64,000 nt of DNA from Octopus vulgaris (Eukaryota). The notes under the pieces are model-generated. The model ran no database searches. It saw only the letters and a program-made list of their open reading frames with translations, and was not told the origin of the DNA. Of the stretch, positions 50,593 to 63,882 are shown piece by piece; position 1 is the first letter of the stretch, and every line of letters starts with the position of its first letter. Location: contig OX597817.1 of assembly GCA_951406725.2 (NCBI GenBank), forward strand, positions 86,118,001-86,182,000, written 5' to 3'. The translations under genes were made by a program, and so were the position numbers.

Positions 50593-51124
50593 CCATATTG
50601 TATACCTAGTGTAAACTATAGCTGCTTCATAAGTAGTTTGGGCTCCATCTCATTGCATGGCATCTTCAGTGATTGTCTTCTACTATAGCTTTGGACTGAG
50701 TAATGACTTGTAAATAAAATTAATTGGTAGAAACTGTATAGAACTTATTGTGTGTTTATTTCTGCATGTCTTTGCCTTGACACCGATGGGTGACAGTGAT
50801 ATTATTGTTTATATTTTCTGTAAACAATGTGTCCTGCATCTTGGTGGTTGTGAAATATGAAAACCAATAGAACAAAGAATATATTTTTTACTAGCTTAAA
50901 ATCCACCCTATCTGGCAGCTTTGAAGCTACATATTAAATTTTATTAAACTTGACCATCATTTTTCAAGCAATGAACAATTTTCATCAAAACAATGATATA
51001 ATTTGTTGACTTGGAACTTATTGCAAAGCTGCATGACAAACAATATTTTTTGTCTTCCCATTCGGGCGAGGGTCAGTACAATTTTTTTTTCTATCTAACC
51101 TCTCTCTCTCTCTCTTGATGGTTT

Positions 51125-51420
51125 TCAACCATCACTATCACCAGTGCCACAACCATTACCACCACAACTGCCATACAGACACCATTCAGACTTCTGATGC
51201 CTCCACCATCAATACCTTTAACTTCACCACCATCACCACTGTCTGTCACATTGCTTACTATCACTGTCATCCCTAACTGCCTTGGCTACCACCACCACCA
51301 TCATCAGTCACCTCTGCCTCTATCACAACTACAGCTCATACTATTACTATCACCCCATTACCATCACAAACATCAATCTACTACTGCCCTCACTTTCTCT
51401 ATGCCTACTATTACTCTCAT
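51125..51420 (+). repeat. (CAC/CAT)-rich degenerate trinucleotide low-complexity tract
   Basis: Repeated accacc/atcacc motifs. Confidence 0.7.
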
Positions 51421-53132
51421 CCAACTGGAGGAATAGTAGAAGTATCATTGAATAGTGAGGGAGGGGTTCAAAGTGTGACACACTGACACGCAGAAATTCA
51501 TTTTGGCATTTATTATTATAGATGAAAAGCAAGTAAGAGTTGGCAATAATAAGGGCATCTGGTTGTAGAATACTGCCTTAATAAGTATCATACAACTCAT
51601 ATCAGCACAGGAAAAGTGAACATAAACATGATGGTGACAATGATGATGAATAGACTGACAACCAAACCCTAATAGACAGATATCAGCATGCTAAATTCTT
51701 TACTAGCTATCATCTTACTAACAGCACCTCTGTACATCATTTTCACAGCTCTCCCAGAGCATATATTTACTGCCATTTTTCTTCACAACCACCTGATTAT
51801 AAAATGTGTAACATTCCAAAGCTTTCACCAGATTATTAAATACTAGATAAAGTAGCTTGCTATTACCTAAGAACTACTCTTGTAGTTGTCAGACTAAGAA
51901 AAGGACACTGAAGAGTCCACACTGGCAAAGTTGAATTGTATCTCATCTAAACTAATTCTTTTCCTAATAATCTTTAGCATTTTCTTAACTTAGTCTATCA
52001 CTTTGATCCTTTGTAGTTCTTTGTAGAGCTGTTCCTTTGCCCTTGCAGCAACTGACAATGATACTACTATGCCAGTCATTAGGTATGACCCCCTCCCTGC
52101 AACTACTGTCTTTTGCAATCTGGAACACTTTACACTTATACTTTTCTTATTTTAGAACACTGTCAAACATTTTTGTTTTAAGCTTCTTGTTAACTACTTC
52201 AAATGTCTAGTTTCTCTTTTAGCCACTTGATGTTGTTCCTTACTTCTTGATTTTCTTTTCTTCCTAGGCCTGCCTCATTGTTCTTTTGTCTCTATCCATG
52301 GTATCATTATATCTCCTTTTGCTGTGCTAGAACCTTGCTCCATCCACACATCTGGTTCTTGGATCACAGCAAGCTGTCTCATAAAAATTACTAGTTTTCA
52401 ATTATAAGTCTGTTTTCTTTGTCAAGATAGACACCACTTGAATCTACACATTACCAAAAAAATCTTTCAGCTTCCGTACTTTTCTTCACTGTATAATAAT
52501 CATGTGTTTCTGGCTCTGATATCACTTATGACAAGTCTCAGTTGACTGGTACATTCTTCACCAAGGAAAGATTTAGTATTTACAACCAGATCTCTCCTGT
52601 TTCCTAGTGCATATGAAGTCTATCAGGCTTGTATATTAGCCTAAGTGATTAGTGGTCAAGTAGCTGACCTCAATCCAGAAATTAATGTTTGTGTCATTTA
52701 TGTTGTAGAATTCTAAGAGCCTTGGTCCCTCATTAATCCTTGTCCTATATTCAAAGCCCCTATGTGCATCAGAGAAGCTACTATAGTGTCGCAATTATCA
52801 TGGTTGATGTCTTTTTAATGAATAGCTTTAACTAACAAAGTTATTGTTATCAAGGTAGTCTGTAAGAGGACTCCCAGAAACAGTTTTTTTTTTTTGCTTA
52901 TCTGTCAGTTGTGATTGCGGTGTGCACCTGCAGGATCTGCTGCTGTTGTGTTGCTTATGGCGTGGCTAGATTTAATAATTCTGTCACGTGTTCTGAATTA
53001 ATCTACTATCTATTTATCTTCTAACACTACGTCAACTCCACCAACCCAGTGCTGTTATATTAGAAGAATTTGGAATATGATGCAGTCCTCAGACTTGTCA
53101 GATCATGTCAAACGGTCTAGCCCATGTTAACT

Positions 53133-53375
53133 CTTTACTCTCTTTACTCTTTTACTTGTTTCAGTCATTTGACTGTGGCCATACTGGAGCACCGCCTTTA
53201 GCCCAGCAAATCAACCCTAGGACTTATTCTTTGTAAGCCTAGTACTTATTCTATCAGTCTCTTTTGCCGAATTGCTAAGTTACAGGGACATAAACACACC
53301 AGTATCAGTTGTCAAGCGATGTTGGTGGGGCCAAACACAGATACACAGACATATACACACATGTACATATATATT

Positions 53376-53430
<55 letters not shown>

Positions 53431-53594
53431 GACAGGCTTCTTTCAGTTTCCGTCTACCAAATCCACTCACAAGGCTTTGGTTGGCCCATGGCTATAGTAG
53501 AAGACACTTGCCCAAGGTGCCACGCAGTTGGACTGAACCTGGAACCATGTGGTTAGTAAGCAAGCTACTTAACACACAGCCACTCTTACGCCTA
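53133..53594 (-). mobile_element. Full-length tRNA-derived SINE with internal (TA)n
   Basis: Head taggcgtaagagtggctgtgtgttaagtagcttgc..., tail (agagtaa)n; near-colinear with 57283-57690. Confidence 0.85.
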
Positions 53595-55189
53595 TTAAAA
53601 AAAAAAAATTGCCACTGGCCAGTATGGACATTAAATGATGATGATGATGATCCTTATCTATAAGAGTTTCACTGAGGTTCTCCTATATCTTACCTCTTGT
53701 ACACATCACAGATCTATACTCATCTTTGTTCCAGGAGCTTTACAATATAGTTGTATCTGTAATAAGATGAGGTATTCATTTCTTACTCTCTCCTTGATGT
53801 CTCCTTTGTACTCAGTACTGTCATCCTATTGAAGATACTTGTAACCCTCACCTGAATGTATAGATTGTATTACAAAGCTGTTCATATTCAGTTTTGTTTA
53901 GTAGGGTTCAAGTTGTCTTTGTTTAACTACCAAAAACAGAAATTCAATATATTTTATTCTGATGTTTGGAATATTGGGTAATCCATAGAACCTCAGGTTC
54001 TCTACAAAGGAAAAGTGATAAATGTTTCTGGGTTTAGGGTTTCTATTTCTGGAAGCTTACTGGTTAATGAACAGGTATGATAAAGGGTTTAACAAGAGGA
54101 CAAATAGCAGTATTAACAAGATATCATCTTACAGGATGATTACTTTTTGATAATGTATATTGTTATATTTGATTGTATTGTCCTTACCTTTGAAAAGTAA
54201 AGTGATATGCCCAGTCTTGGTTAGGTGCTAATTAGCAGTTACCATTGGTTTTGAAACTTTTGGATAATTGTGATTTTTGGAAAACCTACCACCCACAGTA
54301 TGTGATATTCTCTCAAAGACTCTTTGATAGCCCAACAATACTACAGCTAAATTCCTATGGTTCTTTACTATTTCTTTTCATCAATTAGAAACTGCTCTCT
54401 ACGTATTTCCCATAGCTTGCTCAGATGTTATAATATTATTGATGGTACCATGATCCTGTATAACCAAATTGAGGCCTCCAGTTTCTCTTTATCACTTGCT
54501 CACATTCACTGTGCACGGCAGCCCATATAATGTAGCTATTCAAACCCACCACCACCTTTCCTCACTCTCATCCAGCACAATGTCTTGGTTACTTGTGATT
54601 GACATACATCAAGTTACTTATGATTGATTCCTGTTACTGTTTTACTGGCACTCTGTCAGTTACGACAATTTTAATCACAAATGTATGGAAAATATATAGT
54701 TAATAATATACAAATGGATACAGTTCTTAGGTGTGTGAGGAAGTTCAATAAACTGATAGTTTTAACTGTTCTAGAGGTGTTAAAATATAATATATATCAT
54801 CTCTAATGAGTGTTGATCTTTCTCATATAAAACAACAGTTAGTAATATTCAAATAGTTTTAAATTTTTCAGTTGAGCTATTACATGACTTTTACTCCTTC
54901 TGGATTGACTTTTATTCCGTCTGGATTTCAAGGGATTTCTTGTAGTATAGTTATTTCCTTTCATTACTTTTACACTTTTTCTTGGCTAGAATATTGATTT
55001 TCATATCACTCAAAATATGCACTGTGTGATTTGAATCAACAGTTGATAAAATAAGTTAATTTTCAGGGAGGTTAATGACTGTTTCTGCTATACAAGAGTG
55101 GATTATCCTTAATTACTTGTGTGTGGGCATAAAATGCAATAGTAGCCTTGCATATATGAATGCCTACTAGGTAAAATGCCTTTTACCTG

Positions 55190-55540
55190 GTTATAATAAC
55201 TATTATAATAATAATAATAATAATAACTATTATTATAATAATAATAATAATAATGATAATAATAATAATAATAACTATTATTATAATAATAATAATAATA
55301 ATAATGATAATAATAATAATAACTATTATAATAATAATAATAATAACTATTATAATAATAATAATAATAACTATTATAATAATAATAATAATATCATCAT
55401 CATCGAAAAATACCTTAGGAATGAGAACCCAGGTTCGAAATTTCCCCAAGGCACCTGATGAAAGCTGGAGGGTATATCAGGCGAAACATGTTAGCAACAA
55501 ACAAGATGAGAACAAATATTCGTCAAATGTAAATAATGTA
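55190..55540 (+). mobile_element. Third copy of the (AAT)n/hammerhead retroposon (tRNA head missing, (AAT)n expanded to ~200 bp)
   Basis: (aat)n with periodic aactatt, then gaaaaataccttaggaatgagaacccaggttcgaaatttccccaaggcacCTGATGAaagctg..caggcGAAAcatg, matching 15625-15755. Confidence 0.75.
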
Positions 55541-55721
55541 GGATATCCCTTTGTTTAGGTTTTGGAGTGTTTGTATTGGTTATCAGAAGTGATCTTTCTG
55601 TTAAATAGTTCTTAAGTGAATGATTGATTGATTATAAACTTGCTCATTTGACATGAGAAAGTATGGTACTGTAGTTTAGTATTTCCTCTTATATTAGTTT
55701 TAATTATTTATTTGAGCTTAA

Positions 55722-56051
55722 CGCTTTAGCATTCGGATTAGTCTGTCAAATGTGAAGCTTATTTATTCACATTGTTTTGAATTAATTATGCATTATCTTG
55801 TAGTTTTGAAGTTTCGATGGTGGGATTGTTTACTTTTAGCATGACATTGTAGGGTAATGTAAATGTTTTTATATATAATTGTTCATGGTTATGAAGGTGT
55901 GTGTGTGCGACTATGACTGACTATATGTGCATGTATATACACAAAGCTGATGATTCATCAATACTTAGTTTCTTAGTATACATTTGGCCAGTTTGAAAAT
56001 AAAACAAATAGAATATTTTAGCTGGATATGGTCAGTCTAAATGCTAAAGAG
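55722..56051. mobile_element. piggyBac-type MITE
   Basis: ttaa|cgctttagcatt ... aatgctaaagag|ttaa. Confidence 0.7.
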
Positions 56052-56192
56052 TTAAGAATACTTGTTAATGAAATAGGCTTAAATTCTGAATTATTGTCAT
56101 GTCTGGATGTTTCATTTTAGTGATCATATGTGTATGTATGTGTGTCTCTCTCTCTTTCTCTCTCTCCGTATATATATATATATATATCTAAA

Positions 56193-56620
56193 GTTAATCC
56201 AAACAAGAAAACAAAAAGACAACAACGCGAGGATGTGGAACAAATAAAGTATTATTGGGCGCTCAGGAAAGAAGGGAAGAAGGAGGGTATGACGTTTCGA
56301 GCGGAGCTCTTCGTCGGAAACAAAGGAGAAAGAAAGATCCCGAGGTGGGAGGACAGAGGGAAAAAAAATGCAAGTGGTCTTCACGAGGTCACATACTGAA
56401 AACTATATATATATATAGTTAATCCAAACAAGAAAACACAAAAAAACACAACAACGCGAGGACGTGGAACAAATATAGTATTATTGGATGCTCAGGAAAG
56501 AAGGGAAGAAGGAGGGTTTAACGTTTCGAGCGGAGCTCTTCGTCGGAAACATAGGAGAAGGAAAGATCCAGAGAAGAGAAGACAGAGGGAAAAAAAATCG
56601 CCAACGGTACACACAAGGTC
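56193..56620 (-). mobile_element. Tandem pair of ~225-bp pLTR-like units, each with a hammerhead-like core
   Basis: Units start gttaatccaaacaagaaaaca at 56193 and 56418; minus strand CCGACGA-AGAGC-TCC-GCTC-GAAA-CG-TC/TT in each. Confidence 0.7.
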
Positions 56621-56774
56621 GAGAGTCATTCTCTTTTAGTGCCTTATAATTTAATACACTCACTGGTAAAATTTCCACTCATTTGCATATTTATTTTTCT
56701 AAAATTTTTGTTGCGTCTTGCAACCTTTTCAATAGTTGTTGACTCGGACCGTTATTCAATGTGATTTTTACCAT

Positions 56775-57130
56775 GTGATTAATTCCATGTAATTTTTACC
56801 TGTGGAGTTACACAAAAGAGGTGTACAAGACAAAATCTCACACACTGGGGGACTTGGAGACACAGATTCAAGAGGTTCTCAAAGATATCCCAGACGACAT
56901 CCTTCAGAAGGTTGTTCAATCCATCCCTGGCCATTTCAGGAAACTGGTTGATGCCACTGGTACTTAGGTTGAAATATGAAGATTTACTTTCATTTTCCCA
57001 TCTAATAAAGAACACGTATCATTTGTTTCACTAAATTTGTAAAAGGAATATGGTAAACAAATAGATTTTGCAATTCATCAGTCTTGGAGCTTCTAATAAT
57101 TTTAAAAATTGATCCTTTAATAATAGTTAA
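56775..57130 (+). mobile_element. Tc1/mariner transposase C-terminal remnant
   Basis: PCNFYLWSY-K-EVYKTKSHTLGDLETQIQEVLKDI (PxDFxLWG motif). Confidence 0.6.
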
Positions 57131-57282
57131 ATTAAGAGGAATTGAGTGTATTCTGTTGTGAAGTTCTTGAAAAATACAAATGTTTTTATATACAAGATTG
57201 GTGGAAAGTAACTGTTGTGAAGTTCTTGATAAATACAAATGTTTTTATATACATTGAACAGTCAGAAATTTAGAGAAGTACT

Positions 57283-57690
57283 TACTCTTTTACCTGTTTC
57301 AGTCATTTGACTCTGGCCATGCTGGAGCACTGCCTTTAATCAAGCAAATCAACCCCAGGACTTATTCTTTGTAAGCCTAGTATTTATAGTCTCTTTTGCT
57401 GAACCGCTAAGTTATGGGGATGTAAACACACCACCATCGGTTGTCAAGTGATGTTGGGGGGGACAAACATAGACACACAGACACACAAATACACACATAC
57501 ATATATATATATATATACATATATACGATGGGCTTCTTTCAATTTCCATCTACCAAATATACACACAAAGCTTTGGTTGGCCTGAGGCTATAGTAGAAGA
57601 CACTTGCCCAAGGTGCCACGCAGTGGGACTGAACCTGGAACCATGTGGTTGGTAAGCAAGCTACTTACCACACAGCCACTCCTACGCCTA
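57283..57690 (-). mobile_element. tRNA-derived SINE inserted in a LINE 3' fragment
   Basis: Flanks (57252-57282 and 57691-57845) are contiguous in the uninterrupted paralog at 59609-59796. Confidence 0.8.
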
Positions 57691-58037
57691 TTGAAGCTTC
57701 TGATGAAAGTGTTGGAGGAAATAGAGGTGTATGGCATAAAGAACAACTAGAAGTCCTTATAGGGCAGTCTGTTGCAGACTAAATCTATAGTTGGTGCAAA
57801 GTTCCCGCCAGACTGAAAGTGATGTGGTAGTTGAGCAGTGAGTTATGAAAGTGTGTATGTGTGTGGCTGTTTTTGTATGTGCGTGTAATTACCCAAAGTT
57901 GATGATTCATCAATACTTAGTTTCTTAGTATATATGCCTTCAAGTAAAAAACAAGCTTATTGTGAGAAACAGGTAAGTGTTTTAAACAAATAAACTATAT
58001 TCACTTATTAATTTGTCCTTCATTTTAACCCCCCAAA

Positions 58038-58193
<156 letters not shown>

Positions 58194-58234
58194 CTTTAGG
58201 TTAGTTAGAATATGTTTGTGACATAGTTTAACTC

Positions 58235-58803
58235 CTCTTTTATGGTAAAAGGTGTAAAAATGCCATATCTGCTCAGTGCTTCCTTCCAGTAGATTCTCTG
58301 ATGTGCGTTTCTGGCACTTTACCCTTCCTCAGTGGGAAATACCAAAGGGAGATAACCATGGGCAGATTTAAAACTATCTTTAACTAATAAAAAGTCGACA
58401 TCAGTGAATGAGTTGTGCTAGTGGACCGCCTGGTCGGGTTAAAAACACTGGCACCTAGCAGTGATTGGGAATAAACAAACTTTAGGTTAAATAAGGTATG
58501 ATTCATCCTTTCGGGGTCGATTAAATAAGTACCAGTTACACACTGGGGTTGATATAATTGAATTAGTCCATTTGTCTGTCCTTGTTTGTCCCCTCTGTGT
58601 GTAGCCCCTTGTGGGCAGTAAAGAAATAAGATATGATTGTGACACATTTTTAACTTCTAAAGGCAAATTCACTTCAGTTACTGTGGAGAAAATATTCTCT
58701 CTTATGGTAAAAGGGGTAAAAACACTGTATCTGCCCAGTGCTTCCCTCTAGCAGATTCCCAGATGCGTGTTTCTGGCTCTTTAGCCTTCTTCAATGGGAA
58801 ATA
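58235..58803 (-). mobile_element. Non-coding element bounded by ~105-bp direct repeats, each carrying a minimal hammerhead ribozyme motif (retrozyme/PLE-like)
   Basis: Repeats at 58235-58341 and 58697-58803; hammerhead motifs at 58294-58338 and 58756-58800; SINE fragment at ~58495-58632 in between. Confidence 0.7.
58756..58800 (-). ncRNA. Minimal type-I hammerhead ribozyme motif (degenerate)
   Basis: TTCCCA-tTGAAGA-AGGCT-AAAG-AGCC-A-GAAA-CACGCA-TC-TGGGAA: perfect stem I and stem II, C3>T change; the sister copy keeps CTGAGGA. Confidence 0.65.
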
Positions 58804-59559
58804 TACACGTGTGTGTGTGTGTGTGTGTATTGTAAACAAAAGTGAGATCACTCAGTGCAGTCTAGAGTAGAATATATAAGAACATTGTCTGTGGTTTACA
58901 CATACACTATTTAGAATTTCATGTTCAGTATAAGCTTGCCAACAGTTTGAATTACAAATTTGGAAAACCCCTGTCTAAAATTTTCAGACACATCTATGTT
59001 AGAATAAACAACACAGATTTATAATTCAAATTAGTTTAAGGCCTACATTGTACATGAAAGTCTGACTAGTTCTCTTGTAATCCAAAGGTAATATTATCTT
59101 CATTTATTTGTGTGTGTGAGTGTGAGAGAGAGGCTGCATCATCACTTAAAACAGTTAGTGACAGCTATGGTCTTAAATATGTGTGTGTGTGTATATATAT
59201 ATATATATAATTTTTGCATCTTTTTTTTTTCCTTGCTAGCATGGGTTCACACATATACTTATTGAGACATTGTTTTACCACCATATGCCTTTCCTGTTGC
59301 TAACATCTCTTTATTTCCAGGTATCTTTGAAAGATGGTTTGTTTGTAGGGAACGTCAACAAATGTCACCATTTAAAAAATTTTAGTGCTTTCCATGGATG
59401 TAAATACATATATATGATGATCATATTCTGCCAAATGACTTTCTTTCCAAGAAATTGGATAGACAAACTGTTGTGAATGCAGAGACCTTCACTAGTGAAG
59501 TATATAAAACCTCACATAGGTTAGGGGTTAGTGACTTCAGACTGAGACTTAGAAGGACT

Positions 59560-59990
59560 TTGAGACACAAACCATTTTGAAAGAGAAAGATATGGAAGCT
59601 TGAAGTTTCATTGAACAGTCAGAAATTTAGAGATGTACTTGTTGAAGCTTCAGATGCAAGTGTGGGAGGAAATAGAGGTGTATGGCATAGAGAACAATTA
59701 GAAGTTCCTATGGGGCAATCTGTTGCAGACTAAATCTGTAGTTGGTGCAAAGTTCCAGCCAGACTGAAAGTGATGTCGTAGTGGAGCAGTGAGTTAGACT
59801 GAGCCAAAGCTTGCATGAATGGGGGCAGCAAGTAGCTAGAAGGAAAGCTAAACAACGGTTATTTAGTAAAGGGAGAAACTGAAGGATCAGAGCTATGAGG
59901 TGTTCCAGATTATAAGACAATGTATCAGAGAAAATCAAGATGTTGGGGGTGAGAAGTGTGTACATATAGCTAATGGTACATTTACGCTTG
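59560..59990 (-). mobile_element. LINE 3' fragment (Jockey/CR1 group)
   Basis: Remnant of the LEHRR..A.L...YR C-terminal ORF2 region; duplicated at 57252-57845. Confidence 0.55.
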
Positions 59991-61205
59991 GTGATTCTGA
60001 AAGGAAGGAGGTATGGAAGTGCTACTATGAAACGCTATTAAATGTGGAAATGGCATGAGAGAGAGAGAGAGGTTCTTCTCAGTGTGGACCCACCAGGAAG
60101 ACATCATACCCAGAGACTGGTGTTGCAGCATTATATTCAACAGTTACATGAGAAAAGATGAGACATTAGAGAAGAGGTAATTACAGAGGTATCAAGTTGC
60201 TGGACCAGGTCATGAAAGTTACAGGAGTTCAATTACTTAGGAAGATGAATAGCATAGACCAGATGCAATTTGATTCTTTTTTTTTTTTCACTCTTGAAAA
60301 ATGATCAGAGTACTCTAATTTCTTTCACATATTTTTCTCTCTACATTGTTGTATTTTGTTTACATTTGAGATGTGTTGTGCTTTTTGGTGGGTGGTAAAC
60401 TTAAGGTCTGCTTCAGCAGTACTAACTATGCCATTGGTACATACACAAGCTCATTATACTTTGTCTATATCTGTAACATGTAAACATATTTACTCTCAGT
60501 TAAGAGCACATGATCAGCAACTGGAAGATCATGATTTCAAATTTTGTTCGATATTCATCAGCTCATCTCTGAATCATTTCAGTTTGCTGTGCAGGTCATA
60601 TTAAACCCTGTCATTTAATGTTTGATTGAGAGAAGTGGTGTATTGCTTATCTATTTAGTTTGTTTTTCATGCTTAAAGTTTAGGTTTATAACTGCATCAG
60701 TATTTAACATAGTAGATAAAATTTTGATCTTCAAAATTTAGTTTTGCTACCTCAACAGATTTTTGTGAGATATAGGAAATGATTTTGTGACTGCTTTTAC
60801 AATGTTTTGTGTTTGTCTCTACACTGCCACTGAATAGAACCTGGCAAAAAATTACTGAGGGAATTCCCCATAGAGTGGTTGCAGTGGAAATGTCAGCAGA
60901 TTGTCACTGAATCATATACAGCCTGCCAGTTTTTGAGAAAGTCCAACAATAAAAAAAGGAGCAGGGGTCAGGAAAAACGAGTCTACTGCTGACAGATCTT
61001 AACAGTGAGAAGAATCATTGAGAGAGTCAGGGTTGAAAAATCGATAAACAATTTTACTGTTTATAGACTTGATACTGCTCAATGAAGCAAAATGGAATAA
61101 ATTCTTACATACAGTACACCTCAAGAAGTAATAGCAGTCATGTAAGGCTCTGGTCACTTCAGGTCTATAGTAGAAAACAAATAATAGATAAATTCCTATT
61201 CATCT

Positions 61206-61388
61206 ATCACCCCTTCCTTTCTCATTCATAAATACAAGAGTATTATTAGTATTATTATTGGTAGATTATCTCAGTAACCATGGGAGCTATGAAAAAATAT
61301 GACATCACCCCTTCCTTTCTCATTCATAGATACAAGAGTATTATTATAGTAGATTATCTCAGTAACCATGGAAGCTATGATAAAATAC
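61206..61388 (+). repeat. Local tandem duplication (two ~90-bp units)
   Basis: atcaccccttcctttctcattcata..gtagattatctcagtaaccatgg.agctatga occurs twice. Confidence 0.85.
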
Positions 61389-61506
61389 AAAGCCCAGCAT
61401 CACCACTGGATCATTCTACACATCTGTGTAATTTTTCGCGCAATTCCACCCAGCCATTTTACCATGAATCCCAAGACAAGAAAGAATCACCCATGTCAAA
61501 TTTATA

Positions 61507-61539
<33 letters not shown>

Positions 61540-61730
61540 GTATGTATATATATATATATCTACACCGGAGTAAACACATAAATGTGAAACAAGGTGGAAA
61601 AAAGAGTACTTGGATTTGGTCATTCAACCATTCTATTTTTTTTTCTGTTCTATTTTAACAAAACTGTCTAAACGGGAATGTGAAACTCTGAGTAACAGCT
61701 TTTGTTATATTTCTGCTGCTTTTAAATAAA

Positions 61731-61790
<60 letters not shown>

Positions 61791-62109
61791 AAATATATAT
61801 ATATATATGTGTGTGTAAATAAACATATCGTCACTTTCACTTCCTGTCTACTGTATAGAAACTAGACAAGATGATTTAATAGACTAGTTGAACACACAAT
61901 TTTCAGTATTTCATAGATGCAATGAAGTTTAAGTTTAGTATAACAATCTTCATAAGGAACTCAAAAAAAGTTGGGTACTATTCATATTTCTGAGTATTAC
62001 AGATATTAATGTAAAAACACCTTATTGTGTTCGCAAGAAAAACTAATCAAATTAGGTTACATGCACTGAAATAAACATCCATATTCAGTAATACTGCGAT
62101 CCATATTCA

Positions 62110-63300
62110 TTATCATCATTTAACATCCATTTTCCATGCTGGTATGGGTTGGATGGTGTGACTGAAAACTGGTAAGCCGGGGAGCTGCACCAGGTTTCAA
62201 TCTGATTTGACAAGGTTTCTATGGCTGGATACCCTTCTTAATGCCAACCACTCTGAGAGTGTAGTGATTGTTTTTTTATGTGCCACCAGCACAGGTGCTA
62301 TTGACCTGACACCAGCATCAGCCATGACTACGGTCTCACTTGTCTTGATAGGTCTACACAAGCACAGTATATCGCCAAAGGTCTTGGTCACCTATGCCCA
62401 ACTTTCCTCTCAGGCTACTTATACTCTGTCATGCATGCACACTGACATTACACATCCAGCAAAGTGTACTAGTTTCATTTCTTACAAGCCTGCGCATGTC
62501 CTCAGCAGTCACAGCCCATGTTTTACTGCCATGTAACATGGCTGTTCACATACAGGATCATACAGTCTGCCTTTCACTATGAATGAGAGGGTCCTTTGTT
62601 ACCAGCAGAGATGGTAGCTCTCTGAACTTTTCCCTACCTATTCTTATTCTAGCAGCTACTGACTTGATCACCTAAATAACAGAAGCTATCAACCACTTCT
62701 AGTTTTCTCTCCTGGCATGTGATGGAATCTATTTTCTGTACATTTTTAGTGTTAATTGTACCTGTGCACCTTCCACACACAAAAACTATTTTCCCTGTTA
62801 ACCTTCCTCTGATATTGCTGCACCTCTTATGTATCCATAGCTTACACTGGGTACATCTTATAGAGTTTCTACCTGAAGGGATTTGTTATTTGTCTGCTTT
62901 CCTACTTAAGACTTTGTTTTCTGCTAGGTTAACTTTAAGGCCTTTCAATTCTAGACCTTGCTTCCACACCTGAAACTTCTTCACTAGTTCTGGTAGTGAT
63001 TCAGCTATAAGAACAAGGTCATCAGCATAGAGGAGCTCTCAGAGGCAATCTGTCTTGAATTCCTCTGTTAATGCAAGGAGGACTATGATGAACAATTTGG
63101 GACTGCGGACTGATTCTTGGTGAACCCTTACTTGTACCCTGAATTCTTCAGTATACTCGTTGCCAACCCTCACCTTACAGACAGCATCCCTGTACATGGC
63201 TTGCACAGCTCTCACCAACCACTCATCTATTCTTAGTTTCCACATTGACTGCCAGATATGGGATCAGGGGACCCTGTCAAAGGCTTTCTCTATGTCAACT
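62110..63300 (-). mobile_element. RTE LINE 3' portion (RT to tail), decayed
   Basis: DIEKAFDRVP, WLVRAVQAMYRDAVCKVRVG, VHQESVRSPKLFIIVL, LLYADDLVL; tail matches 7270-8268. Confidence 0.85.
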
Positions 63301-63667
63301 GTTGGACAATAATATGGATCATATGTTTCTTGGAAAAGTGATGGTGCAACTACTGTACATCTCCACCCTTCATCAGTAGAGTCAATAATGCTGCTAATTA
63401 TTTGAATATTAAACAGTTATTGTACATTAGTGTGTGCAATTAGAGAGAATTTTAAGATTTATTTCTCTGTCATCTACTGAAACTACTGGAAACTTCATTT
63501 TACTCTGTTACTGTCACCCAGTGTGTAAAATTATAAATGAAAGGATACAGTGCTCAGAATTAATGAGACATACTGTTATGTATTATGCCAAGAGATAAAA
63601 TACCATAACTCAATAACAAATAAAGTACTAATTTCTTAAACTCTTACCAATAATGTCTCATAAATTT

Positions 63668-63882
63668 TCCCTTCCTGCTGAAATGCATTGTTTTTGTTTC
63701 ACTTTTCAATTAATTTTGGAAATCATGAAGAATTTAGTAAAACTACTATCTTTATTAAGCTGGTGTATGAAACATAAATTAACATAAACTTTTGATAAAC
63801 GATTTTAATTTAGATCACTTTAAAGTAGGAAATTTGTATCACAGAAACAAAGGTGATTTCAGGCAGGTTGGTATCAAAAGGG
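63668..63882. mobile_element. piggyBac-type MITE (relative of 2181-2376)
   Basis: Ends gtatcaaaaggg|ttaa; internal attaagctggtg and gatcactttaaa are inverted relative to 2181-2376. Confidence 0.6.

Noticed and set aside
55183-55558. Poly-Ile ORFs on both strands
   Set aside because: Translation of the (AAT)n microsatellite.
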